Source: Octopus bimaculoides (Eukaryota). From it: a stretch of 64,000 nucleotides of DNA. The notes beneath the pieces are model-generated. The model did not search any database and was not told the origin of the DNA. It saw only the letters and a list, made by a program, of their open reading frames with translations. The stretch spans positions 39,244,642-39,308,641 of the forward strand of contig NC_068989.1 in the NCBI RefSeq assembly GCF_001194135.2. Direction: 5' to 3'. The position numbers were made by a program, and so were the translations under genes. This document shows, piece after piece, positions 1 through 11,270 of this stretch (position 1 is the first letter of the stretch; each line of letters starts with the position of its first letter).

Positions 1-897
1 CTATCTAGTTAATCAATTAATCAATTAGTTTCATCAGTCCTTTTGTCACTGATAGCAAATGGTAATAAAGCAACTCTGATGAACTTAGCTGATTTACTAG
101 AATGATTAATTGAACAATCGATTAGTTAACTGGCTAAATGGTTAACTAGTTGACTAATAAGCGAAGTGAAATACAACTAGTGTGTGTGTTTCTTATTGGT
201 ATAATGACTTTCCCAAGATAAAACAAAATATCATTGATCAAATAGTAACAGTTATTGATAAAAAATAATGACAGTTATTTTTGTCCGCATACATTCATTC
301 CTGACAAGTAATTGAGAGATTATATATGACAGTATTAACCATTAATTAGTAACTAATTAGCCACTCAAAGTGGAAATGTAGACGTTGATGTCATGCAAGC
401 TATACTTGGTTGATAGGTTTGGCTATCAACTTGAAATCTAAAGTTTCAGAAGACAGAAAATTATATTGCAAATTATTTAGAAAAGTTGAACTATACAAAC
501 ATTTTTTATGTAAGTGATTAAACATTGAACTAGAAAGTAAAAGAAAACGAAAATATTAAGTAAAGTTTTAGTATTTGTAACACTGAAAGGAATATGGTTG
601 GGCCAAAAGTTTTTGGAACAGCAGTTAAATAGATGGTACGTGACATAAATGGTACTACACCTAACTAAATGGATTGTAACACTTAGTTTTATTCCTCTAC
701 TTACTATTTAAAACCTCTCTGTTGTTAATTTCTACTTTTCAACCTTGATAGAATGAGAACCAGTCAACTGCTAAGATTTATTGGATTCAATATATCTTTC
801 CTTTTCAGTATTTGTGGTTTTGTACTTAATTTGAGAATTTAGAGGACTACTACTACTACTAATACTACTGCCGCCGCCACCACCACCACCACCACCA

Positions 898-1112
898 CTT
901 TGGGTGAGAGAGCAATGCATACCATCAAAGTGACACTGGGGTACAAATATACAAAGCCCAATATACCCATTATGACCACCCCTCTGATAAGGGTACACCA
1001 GGCACATGCATCGCAACCATATATGCATGACATAGTGATTTCATATCAAGATAGACAATGCATGACCTTGCAGGTGGAGCCTAGTTCGAATTTTCTTCAG
1101 GTCGAGTAGTCC
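898..1112 (-). mobile_element. Unclassified interspersed repeat E, 3' part
   Basis: Reverse complement (gacctgaagaaaattc...tgcaaggtcatgcattg...gtaccccagtgtcactttgatgg) matches 63205-63410 and the end of 4315-4685. Confidence 0.7.
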
Positions 1113-2248
1113 ATCCTGCTTTCAGGACAGCTTCCAAGTAGCGATGGTCGACCCTATCGAATGTTTTTGATTGATCCAAATTAAACAGAGCACCCCTGAA
1201 GCCAGTTTTGGTCCCAGCCTAGGGTCATTCTTACTGCTAACACATCAGTTGCAACGCCCTTTTTAATTGCCTCTTCTAATTTGCTTACTAGTTCACTCTC
1301 TAATCTATTCCTTTCTATTGCTAATTCTTTGCTAAACGCTATTGATTGTGTTCTAACCACCCTCTTCAGGGTGGTCCACCACTGGTTGTTGACGATTCCC
1401 TCTGTCAACTACTGCTTAACTAGTTCACTAATCCAGTCCCTGTAGTCTTTGCATGCCAGAAAGGACGCGTTTAACTTCCAGTAATTGGGTCCCTGTCTGC
1501 TGGTCCTATTGAACTCGACTATGCAACTCATGAACTTGTGGTTTGTGTAGCCAACCAATTTAAACTGTGGACAATCTACACTATCTCTATCCTCTGACCT
1601 AACTAATACTCTATCTAGATACAATCTGGATAACCCATTATGGTTGCTCCATATCTGCACTGGCACATCAGGGAAATCCAGTTGTTACCTATCAGACATT
1701 TGCAAGTCTCTGAGTAGGTTTCCAAGGCTTTTGCATTCCCTTCTTCTGTGTACTAGTCCTACAGAGTCCTTCTGTGCATCCAAAATCACATTCTAGTCCC
1801 CTACTAGTACTAAACTGTGAGACGTTAACAGGAATGTTTCTAGATGCCTGAATAATTCTGGCCTTCCACCCCCTGTCGGGGCATAGACAGCCACCAGTCT
1901 AAAGGTGCCACCTTCACTACCATTCACATCTAGGACCACCAACCTGCCAATCAGGTCCAAGAAAATTGCCTTTACTTCGAGATCTAAGGATTTTCGGAAT
2001 AGCACTGCTACTCCGTGGCCTGCTCCTGGTTGACCACATGATGAGAATATTCCATAGTCATTGAAAACGGGTGTTAGTGCTTGTGCATTAGAAATCCTTG
2101 TCTCAGTAATTGCAGCCACATCTAAATCAAGCAACTTTAAGTCACTTAGCAAGTGACCTGGCTTCCAAGCTGACCTCAGGCCATGAACATTCATACACCC
2201 CACTCTGAAAACGACCATGTTTATTGGAGAAACAAAATGGAAGGTCAC
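1113..2248 (-). mobile_element. L1/Tx1-clade LINE ORF2 remnant: AP endonuclease, linker and a short RT stub after an internal deletion
   Basis: GCMNVHGL, AAITET, GVAVLF, VAVYAP, LVGD; LDRVLV..TNH; GPNYWKLNASFL. Jumps at about 1183 to the RT motif LDQSKTFDRVDHRYL. Stops and frameshifts present. Confidence 0.9.
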
Positions 2249-4240
2249 TTACCTTGGATTTTGAGAGGGTCAGCTGATTCAGCTGCCTCGTCTGATGCAT
2301 TATCATTGATAAAGGGCCTTTGTAAAGTCCCTTTATCCATCTTTAGCCTAAAAGGCCTAATGTCTTTTGGAAGTTCTAGGTATGTGTTTGTATCAGTTTT
2401 TATCAGCTGTCTGTCATGGAGAGTTTTCCACAGAAATTCGTTGGACCCTACTCCTTTTGTATGAATATTTGTGTTTTTCCCTACTTCCTGCATCAGTTCA
2501 TTGTTGCTCTTGCAAATGACTGTGAAGTTGATGAGGTGTTCAGGTTCTCTAGTAAGTTGTACGAGTTGATTTTGTGATTGTTGTTTCTCTTTGTGTATTT
2601 GTTTGTTTTGGTGCTTTTAGAAGTTGTGGTTGAGGTTGAATGAGTGTGCATTGCTTTTGCTGTTGGGATGTGGGTGTGTATCGGTGTTGTTGTTAGGGTA
2701 GATGATGGATTAGGTGAATTTTCCTCATCCTGCTTTCTCATTTTCAGCTTAGGATGGCTTCTTCTTGAACTATGTTTTTGCTTTTATCCAACACAAGTCC
2801 TTCTTGAGGGATTCAATTCTTCCTCATGATAAGGCTTCTAAATCACTAGTATCAGGAGTACATGGTGTATCTGTGTCGTCCATCTGTAGGTATGGTCAGG
2901 TATTGCTTGTTTCCACCGCTACAGTTGTTGGTGTCATTGTAGTGGTGGGATTCTGCTGTTGAAGATATTGCTTTAGTGGCTGTTGCTGCATTGACTGGCT
3001 GCCTCCTTGTGATGGTGGTGGTGGTGGTGATGATGATGGTAGCAGAGCCACCATTCCTCGAGATCCATTATGCTTTTGTTGTGGGCAGAGGGCCTTCAAA
3101 TGTGGCACCGTGGCTTTCTGACTTCCACCACGACTTGGAGTTGTGCTTCATTGGGCAGCTCAATAAGGTCAGGGATCTTGTCCAGGGATTCAAGTTTTAC
3201 CTGGACCAAAATCTCCAACCTTATTCCAGACCAGTTCTCCTTCCAATATGTTTTGACTTCTAGAAGTGAATCCGGACCTTCGTCCACAGTGCACTCAACC
3301 AACCACCAAATGTCTAATTCTAGTGGCACATCTGATGTTTTAACTTTCACCTCCTGCCATCCAAAGTATGTGGGAAGGAGAAGATCCTAGTGTTTAGTGT
3401 TTTTGGGCCAGTGTCTCTGTGAAGGACCTCACTTCCACAAAACCATATTGTCTTCCTCATGTGAGAAAATCAATATTAGTCCAAATGCCCTTCAAGCACT
3501 TTTCTACTTGCATGTATGGAACATTGAAAATTTTCCTCATCTTCAGCAACCCACATATGTATATGATTGTCCTTCTGGCCGTCTTCTTCAGCAATTCTGA
3601 AAGGATACCAAGCTCGGTTTTCCTATTCCCTCTATTGAGGAGTTTTTCTGCTTCACTAAGGCACACATGCTTTCCTTCCAGGGAGATTTGCTCCTACACA
3701 ATTTTGTTACTCCTGCAAAGGAGTTGTTTCTATTATTGCTGTTATTGTTGGTGTTGATTATATCATTTTTGCTGCTGCTGCTGTTGCTGCTGCGGTTGCT
3801 GTTGTTGTTGTTGTTGTTTGTAGCAGTTGTGGCTGAGGTGATGGTGGCAGTGGTGTCGGAGTTGTTATTGTTGTTGTTGTTTGTGACTGGGATGGTCATC
3901 TTGTTTTGCCTGTTTGCTTGATTAGTAGTCATGTCAACAGGTGAAGAGCTGTCACCCTCTCTCATTTTTGTGGCAAGACACTCTTCTATCTCTCCCCTTC
4001 TCGCATCAACGTCTGAAATTCCCTTGAAACTATTTGTTGCAGCTATTGAGCAAAATTTTAAATTTTTCCACATGGAATAAAAAGATGGAACAAATTTGAT
4101 AAGTCCCCCAAGAAATAGGGGCACTTTTAACAAAAAAGGAACTCACCAACAGAAGAAGGATCCCTTATTCTCCACCCTGGTTGAAAATGACAGGAAAGCA
4201 CTGCTATTTTCCAGGGAAAACTGACAATTTTTGAAAACAA
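2245..4240 (-). mobile_element. L1/Tx1-clade LINE ORF1 (frameshifted, broken CCHC knuckle, N/T/S/Q-rich tracts) and probable 5'UTR
   Basis: ORF pieces 4133-3588, 3666-3457, 3350-3096, 3108-2896, 2741-2493 and 2493-2245 tile directly upstream of the endonuclease. PRCHI/(fs)HLKALCP is a remnant of CX2CX4HX4C. Confidence 0.72.
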
Positions 4241-4314
4241 AATATAAAACTGAGGTCAAGTGTGGCTTCCTCAACTGACGGTCATAATAATAATATGTTT
4301 TGTCTTGATGTAAA

Positions 4315-4685
4315 ATGCATTGATGCAATACCAGACAGTGGTTCTCATGGCTTCTGATCTTAACTGGTTTATCTGGGTGTAAAAGATGGGCTACAGCAAA
4401 TATTCTGTTCAGGTTTATTTGTCAATTGCTTGACCTTAACCAGCTGAATATATTCCTTAGTGGCTGACAATATGTGCATTTCAGATCATGAGCAGAAGTA
4501 GTGGGGGAGCATTATAGTTATTTGTTGAGAGGAATTCTTTGGGGGTTGAATAGTTTTCCTCTTGAAACATGGACACTTTGTTCAACATCCTTAACAAACT
4601 TTTATTCAGGGACCTTGAAGAAAATTCTGCAAGATCATACATAGTTTGTCTTGATATGAAATCACCATGTCATGCAATATGGGGG
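4315..4685 (+). mobile_element. Unclassified interspersed repeat E, 5' and middle part
   Basis: Colinear with 62903-63300 (ggttctcatggcttctgatc, aaaag(a/t)tgggctac, ttagtggctgac, gagcagaagtagt, gagaggaattcttt). Confidence 0.75.
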
Positions 4686-5143
4686 TAGAATGTTAGTAAT
4701 TGTTGTGAGCTAATATGTCTTCTGATCCTAAACAAATGGCCTGTTCTCAGAGATATGACCCTAACTATGTTGAAAGATGTGCTTTCTCTAAAAGAGATCC
4801 GGTTAAATTTATTTGATATATGACAATAATTACATGGTTAAACAAACTAAAGCAAGATCATTTATCTTGATTTCAATCAAGTACAGCTTTAGTAGTGCAT
4901 TTTATATTACAAATAATTTTTTGTCTGTCATACCATAGCCACACTTGAATGGACATACACACGCACAACTTCAACCTAAGACACCACTATGCTATTTCAT
5001 GACAAAAGATATCATTTAAATCCTCTCTCTAAACCATACCCTAATCCTCCATTAATAAACACCACAAATAACACCCACTCCTTTTATCTAATCTTTTGAG
5101 TTTTTTTCAATTTTCAGAAAGTCTGAATAAAATAACTAATGAT

Positions 5144-5191
<48 letters not shown>

Positions 5192-5215
5192 AATAATAAT
5201 ACTAATAATAATAAT

Positions 5216-5748
5216 TGGGAGCTCTATGGAAATCATGACCTACAAAGAGCAAAGACGTGGTATGAGAAAACCCCAGAAGGAGTCACCGAGAATGAGAATT
5301 GCAAAATCCTGTGGGATGCAATGATCCAGTGCAATCAGAAACTGGATATTGTTGTGGTGAACGAAAAAGGAAGAACATGCATGATAATCAATGTAAGATG
5401 CCCCAGTGACAACAGGGTGAATGTGAAAGAATGAGAAAAAATAAACAACTATGATGATTTGAAGTGAGAAATATGAAGGTTGTGGTCAATGAGGAGAGTA
5501 GATGTGATACCAATAGTAATTGGTGCACTTGGAAGTATCTGCACTCAACTATCAACACGGCTAAAAAATGATTGGTGCAAGTGTGAAGGTAGAGCACCGA
5601 CAAAAATCAGCATTGCTTGGAACTGCAAGAATTCTTCACAGGGTTTTTGAAGCATGACCAGTAAATAAGTGGCACCTTAGTCTGCTGGCTGTGGACAGTT
5701 GACACTTTCCATCATACCCAGCAAAATAAGCTGTGAGTTTTAAACAAA
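5216..5748 (+). mobile_element. R4/Dong-like non-LTR retrotransposon, restriction-like endonuclease (RLE) C-terminus and 3'UTR, 5'-truncated
   Basis: KILWDAMIQ..KLDIVVVN..CMIINVRCPSD..KE*EKINNYDDL..RLWSM..VIPIVIGALG is a PD-(D/E)xK RLE pattern. Flanked on both sides by (AAT)n. Confidence 0.85.
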
Positions 5749-5774
5749 TAATGATGATGATGATGATGATGATG

Positions 5775-5820
<46 letters not shown>
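5749..5820. repeat. (GAT)n(AAT)n microsatellite between the LINE 3' end and the SINE tail
   Basis: Direct reading; a similar (AAT)n tract lies at 5143-5215. Confidence 0.95.
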
Positions 5821-5821
<1 letters not shown>

Positions 5822-6036
5822 CCTTTCTACTATAGGCACAAGGCCTGAAATTTGGGGAGAGGGGACTAGTTGATTTCATTAACTCTAGTGTTTCATTGGT
5901 ATTTAATTTATCAACCCCGAAAAAAATGAATGGCAAAGTTGACCTTGACGGAGTTTGAACTCAGAATGTAGCAGCAAACAAAATACTGCTAAGCATTTCG
6001 CCCAGCTTGCTAATGATTCTGCCAGCTCGCTGCCTT
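5821..6036 (-). mobile_element. tRNA-derived SINE A with CORE-like domain (resembles Octopus OR-type SINEs)
   Basis: Minus strand: aaggcagcgagctggcagaatc head, ttctgagttcaaact box-B-like motif, CORE-like ctttgccattc...ggggttgataaattaaatacc, (ATT)n tail. Confidence 0.85.
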
Positions 6037-6383
6037 TTTCAATTTTCAGAAAGGCTGAGTAAAATGATTGATAATATTAATAACAATGATAATAATAATA
6101 AAAGATAGAAAATATTGAAAATGTGAGGGTGAGATAAACACAGACAAAGCATTTAGTGAGAAAGATTCTCAGAAATAGTTTCTTTAGAGTTGAAAATAAT
6201 CTTCATTGAATTTGAACAAAAATGTCAAAACAATATTTATGAAGAAAATTAAATTTCAAAAGAAATCTGGAAACAAAAGAAAAAAAAAATAATAAATAAA
6301 CACTGCTAACAACAACTACAGCTATAAGAATTCCAGGAATATCTAAAAATATTGATGGTACTGAATATGATGATGACAGTGAT

Positions 6384-6415
<32 letters not shown>

Positions 6416-6974
6416 GAAGAAGAAGAAGAAGAATTTTATTTGCCACAAATAATGATGTGATGATGAATTATACTAACAACAATGATAATGATGGTGAAAA
6501 CTTTTTACTCCTACTACAACTACACCTGGTAGTATTAAAAGAATCAAAAGCTTTAAAACGTCTACAGAATTTTTTCTTGTCTTGTTCAACTACATTTTGA
6601 GTTGTTTATTTATTCTTTTTCATATAATTTCATCTATTTTTCTGTGTATTTGTTGCTAAGTTGTACAAACTTAGTCAGTTTACTGGGTCAAAGTTACAGT
6701 TTGTTGCGTTTACCTCTCACAGATGCACATGGACATGCACATACACACACACACATGTGCATGCACACACACACATGGTATTAGCACAACACCGCTGAGG
6801 AAATTTATGACCACATTCCTCTCAACTACACTAAGACTATAGATACAGTCACACATGAAATTGGGGGACTACCATATTTAATGGGGAACGGAGACACCTG
6901 CCACAATGTAGTGAAGTGCTTCTCAGTTATGTGTGCATATGGAGTGGGTATGGGTATATATATATATATATATA

Positions 6975-7224
6975 TATCATCATCATCATCATCGTTTAAC
7001 GTCCGCCTTCCATGCTGGCATGGGCTGGACGATTTGAATGGGGATTGGTGAACCAGATGGCTACAACAGGCTCCAATCTGATTTGGCAGAGTTTCTACAG
7101 CTGGATGTCCTTCCTAACGCCAACTACTCCAAGAGTGTAGTGGGTGCTTTTACGTGCCACCTGCATGAAGGCCAGTCAGATGGTACTGGCAACGGCCATG
7201 CTCAGAATGGTGTATTTTACGTGC
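6975..7224 (-). mobile_element. RTE-type 3'UTR and tail ending in (ATG)n, running into an assembly gap
   Basis: catcatcgtttaacgtccgccttccatgc...ctggatgtccttcctaacgccaac...gtgcttttacgtgccac; the same 3' end follows RTE ORF ends at 25360-26040 and 63435-64000. Confidence 0.8.
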
Positions 7225-7842
7225 NNNNNNNNNNNNNNNNNNNNNNNNNNNNNNNNNNNNNNNNNNNNNNNNNNNNNNNNNNNNNNNNNNNNNNNNNNNN
7301 NNNNNNNNNNNNNNNNNNNNNNNNNNNNNNNNNNNNNNNNNNNNNNNNNNNNNNNNNNNNNNNNNNNNNNNNNNNNNNNNNNNNNNNNNNNNNNNNNNNN
7401 NNNNNNNNNNNNNNNNNNNNNNNNNNNNNNNNNNNNNNNNNNNNNNNNNNNNNNNNNNNNNNNNNNNNNNNNNNNNNNNNNNNNNNNNNNNNNNNNNNNN
7501 NNNNNNNNNNNNNNNNNNNNNNNNNNNNNNNNNNNNNNNNNNNNNNNNNNNNNNNNNNNNNNNNNNNNNNNNNNNNNNNNNNNNNNNNNNNNNNNNNNNN
7601 NNNNNNNNNNNNNNNNNNNNNNNNNNNNNNNNNNNNNNNNNNNNNNNNNNNNNNNNNNNNNNNNNNNNNNNNNNNNNNNNNNNNNNNNNNNNNNNNNNNN
7701 NNNNNNNNNNNNNNNNNNNNNNNNNNNNNNNNNNNNNNNNNNNNNNNNNNNNNNNNNNNNNNNNNNNNNNNNNNNNNNNNNNNNNNNNNNNNNNNNNNNN
7801 NNNNNNNNNNNNNNNNNNNNNNNNNNNNNNNNNNNNNNNNNN

Positions 7843-8030
7843 TATCCATACCTTTCCTTCATTGAACACAACTCTGCTTGCGGAGACCTGTTGAGGCAAG
7901 TGAAATCAAAATTGAACCAAATTCGATGACCGGCACCCATGCCAACCTCTCCTTCATTGGACACTAAACTCTGCTTCTGAAGACCTGTTGGGGCAAGTGA
8001 AATCGAAATCGAAATCGTAATTGATGATGA
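7843..8030 (+). repeat. About two copies of a 95-bp unit, RTE 3'UTR-like
   Basis: Units start at 7851 and 7946 (cct(t/c)tccttcattg..actctgctt..agacctgttg(a/g)ggcaagtgaaatc); similar to 25670-25700. Confidence 0.6.
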
Positions 8031-8044
8031 TTATAAATGTAGAT

Positions 8045-8215
8045 TTTTTACTCTTTTACTGGTTTCACTCAGTAAACTGTGGCTGTGCTAGTGTACCACT
8101 CGGAAGGGCTTTTGAGTTGATCAAACTAACCACAGTGCTTTTCTCTAAATTTTGTACTTAATCTATCATTCTCTTTATAAAGTTACAGGAACATAAACAA
8201 ATCAACGCTAGTTAT
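8045..8215 (-). mobile_element. SINE B 3' half, decayed
   Basis: tactcttttac tail and actgtggctgtgctagtgtacc motif, matching 42411-42560. Confidence 0.55.
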
Positions 8216-8449
8216 CTCACTGTGAGAAACAATAGTCATGTACTCACACACACATTTATGCAATAGACTAATGATGCTGACCAACACTATTTTTTTGCAG
8301 TTATATGTGTCATTTTAATATATCTAAATTCTTTATTGTTGTTGTATCACTCATAACAAGCATTGATCAAGCAGACTCTTGTTTATGTAAGTAAATGATG
8401 GCCAAATGCCTGAGTGTGATCTACTAACTTAATGTTAATGGTATAGCAT

Positions 8450-9114
8450 ATCTCCACATAGCTGAATATCATACTATACAGTCTGAGTCCTGTCTCCACC
8501 CAGCTGAGTACTGTGTATTCACATAACTGAGTACTATGTTTTCACATAGGTGAGTACTAGACTATACATTTTCCACCTAGTTGAGTACTGTTTCCACCAA
8601 ACTGAGTACTGCATATTTGCCGAGCTGAGTACCTGACTATACATTCTCTACCTAGCTGAGTACCATGTCTCAACCTACCTGAGCACTGCGTATTCACCTG
8701 AGTACTGTGTCTCCATATTGCTGAATACCAGACTATACATTCTCCACTTAAATGAGTACCATTTTCAACCTAACTGAGCATTGTCTCCACCTAAATGAGA
8801 GTTGTATATTCACCTGAGTGCTATCTCTCCACATAACTGAGTATCAGGATATACATTCTCAGCCTAACTGTGTACCAAGTCTCAGCCTAGCTGAATACTA
8901 AGTCTCAACTTAGCTGAGTACCATGTCTCAACCTAGCTGAATACTACCTCCACATAGCTGAGTATCAGTTTATGCATTCTCAACCTAGCTAAGTACGACA
9001 TCTCAACCTAGCTGAGCACTGTCTCCACTTAGCTAACTACCGTATATTCACCTAAGTACTGTGTCTTCACATAGATGAGTTCCAAACTATACATTCTCTA
9101 CCTAGCTGAGTTCT
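8450..9114. repeat. Complex minisatellite of about 28 monomers (19/21/23/31 bp) with higher-order period near 117 bp
   Basis: Shared core ctagCTGAGTAC. The 31-bp variant (gactatacattctc) starts at 8550, 8625, 8721, 8837, 8958 and 9075. Confidence 0.95.
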
Positions 9115-9564
9115 ATATTGACATTTTGACATGCAGTGGTTAATCATAATGATTGCAGATATAAACACAATAAATTATAGACTAAGAATGCATTAAAGCA
9201 AGAGAAAGTTAGGAAGACAGATAGACAGTGTTGGTGGGGGAATAAGTAGGCTAATGGATAGAGAGATAGACAGGCAGAGAGACAACCCACTGAGAAAACA
9301 ATAATAATGATAAGAAGAACATGAAAATAATAAACAATCAAGAGAATCAATCATTTTATATAAAAAAAAAAAAAAAGACGTGGAATCTTTCAGAATGTTC
9401 TCTGAGCTACTTAAATGTTCAGTAAAGTTGGGTTAGGAAGGAGGGAATGGAAAAGAAAAAATTGCCATGGACTGGAGAGTTGGTGAGGAGTGGGGGTACC
9501 GAGAACAACAGCACCGAAAAAAACCATAACAATTATAAAAGGAGTATGTGAACAATTTTCCATC

Positions 9565-9595
9565 ATATGATGAAGACAATGATGATGAAGTAGTG

Positions 9596-9659
<64 letters not shown>

Positions 9660-9697
9660 CAGCAGCAGCAGCAGTAGTAGTAGTAATGTTGTTGTTG

Positions 9698-9729
<32 letters not shown>

Positions 9730-10150
9730 GGTAGCTGTAGTATTTATGATGGTTGTAGTGAAGGTAATGGTAGTGGTGGTAGCAACAGCAAGGATGGAAA
9801 GATAGTCTTGGTGTTGGTGACAGTAATGGTAATGGCGGAGGTGGCAGTGGTGAAAGGAAAGGGAAAGATAGTNNNNNNNNNNGGCAGTGGTGAAAGGAAA
9901 GGGAAAGATAGTGACTGGAGGAAGAGAAGATATTTGAGGTTGTGATGGTAGTAACAGTGATGATGATGATGGTAGTGATGGTAGTGAAGACAGTGATAGT
10001 TGTAATGGTGGAGCTGGTACTAGTTACAGCAGTAATGATGATGTTAATGATAACAGTAATGGTGGTACTGGTGAAATTGGTGACAATGGTGGAGGTGATA
10101 AAGATGATGATGATCATGACAGTAATAGTTGTAATGGCAGCATTTGCAAT
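9565..10150. repeat. Compound trinucleotide array (GTA)n(GCA)n(TTG)n(GTG)n followed by cryptic triplet simplicity
   Basis: Direct reading. Confidence 0.9.
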
Positions 10151-10240
10151 GGTTGTATTACATTCTACCTAAGTAGAGAAACTTGGATGGTAACACAATT
10201 ACCTGTCAATGGTTATTTAAGGTATTAATCNNNNNNNNNN

Positions 10241-10368
10241 CTACGTTAAGGGTACACGTGTCTGTGGAGTGCTCAGCCACTTGCACGTTAATTTCACGAG
10301 CAGGCTGTTCCATTGATCGGATCAACTGGAACTCTCGACGTCGTAAGCGACGGAGTGCCAACAACAAC
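10241..10368 (+). mobile_element. CpG-rich structured 3' end of an unclassified retroposon with a (CAA)n tail
   Basis: GC/CpG-rich island in AT-rich surroundings, three tandem hairpins, ends gtgccaacaacaac; 5' side is a gap. Confidence 0.5.
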
Positions 10369-10493
10369 TAATCAGCTGCTAACAATGTTATAAGTTCAAA
10401 TCCTGCCTAAGATATTTGTCTCTTTCAGAGCATTTTTTGGGGCTGGTGTCCTGTTTTTGTTTTCTGAACATACAAGCATTGTTATGGATTATA

Positions 10494-11155
10494 TGAGGGT
10501 GGGCTGAAGAATTCCCAGATTGAGTATAAAGGAGTGACATTAGAGCTGTGAAATCTTGCATGCATTGATTTCAACTCTTCTTCTTAGAAACTATGTTGTT
10601 TCTTTCCAAGTAAACTGACATCTTACTTCAAAAGTAACTAGTAGTGACATCTTTTGAAAATTGACAAAATTTGGTATTGTGATGTTATCAAGTACCTGCA
10701 GAAAAGGGGTTTAGCACCCAAGGACGTTGTTGCTGATATGCTTCCTATATTAAGGGATGATGCTCCAGTTTCATCAACAGTGCAAAAGTGGGCAGCTGAA
10801 TTTAAAAGGAGAAGAGAGAGTCTTGAAGATGATCCAAGGTCTGGACATCCTGCAACTGCCACCACTGAAGAAAACATTGATTGTGTTCACCACATGGTGA
10901 TGGATGACAGACAATTGACTGTAAATTAAATAATCAATGCTATTTGCATTTCCTGTGAGAGTATTGTGAATATTCTGCACTATGAACTTGGCAAACTTTC
11001 TGCTTGGTGTGTGCCACATGTTCTAACACTTGATCAAAAGTGCACCAGGCTAATCACATCACAGGAAAATCTGGTATTGTTTGAAACAGATCCAACTGGT
11101 GTCTTTGAGCATTTTTTAACCCAGGATGAGTGTTGGGTTCATCACTTTGAGCCAG
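10494..11155 (+). mobile_element. Mariner (Tc1/mariner) transposon, 5' half: TIR plus transposase pseudogene
   Basis: TA|tgagggtgggctgaagaattcc TIR-like end. ORF from 10654: HTH region (TVQKWAAEFKR..SLEDDPRSGHP), AWCVPHVLT (WVPHEL-like), TQDECWVHH (first catalytic D). Stop at about 10927; 3'-truncated. Confidence 0.92.
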
Positions 11156-11179
11156 TAGAATTTCGTTATCCTTGTTTTT

Positions 11180-11270
11180 ATCATCATCATCATTTTTGTA
11201 TTTTTTCTTCGACACGGGCATAGGTTAGACAAAACATTTTGAAGCTAATATTACTCAGCTGGATGTTCTT
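11180..11270 (-). mobile_element. RTE-tailed SINE 3' fragment just after the mariner truncation
   Basis: (CAT)n plus ggttagacaaaacattttgaagc..ctggatgttcttc; matches 19455-19560. Confidence 0.5.

Noticed and set aside
1-800. AT-rich region with repeated tagtt/aacta/ttaa mini-palindromes
   Set aside because: No consistent period or arm longer than expected in very AT-rich DNA.
6786-6950. Open frame HNTAEEIYDHIPLNY..TVTHEIGGL
   Set aside because: THEIG lacks the second His of HEXXH, no convincing donor site, no recognisable family.
8450-9114. Minisatellite as a CRISPR array or repeat-protein exon
   Set aside because: Inter-core sequences are related variants rather than unique spacers, there are no cas genes, the context is eukaryotic, and no ORF of 60 aa or more is called on either strand despite the 117-bp period.
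9843-9912. 30-bp direct repeat flanking a 10-N gap
   Set aside because: Identical sequence on both sides of a placeholder gap is typical of unmerged contig overlap.
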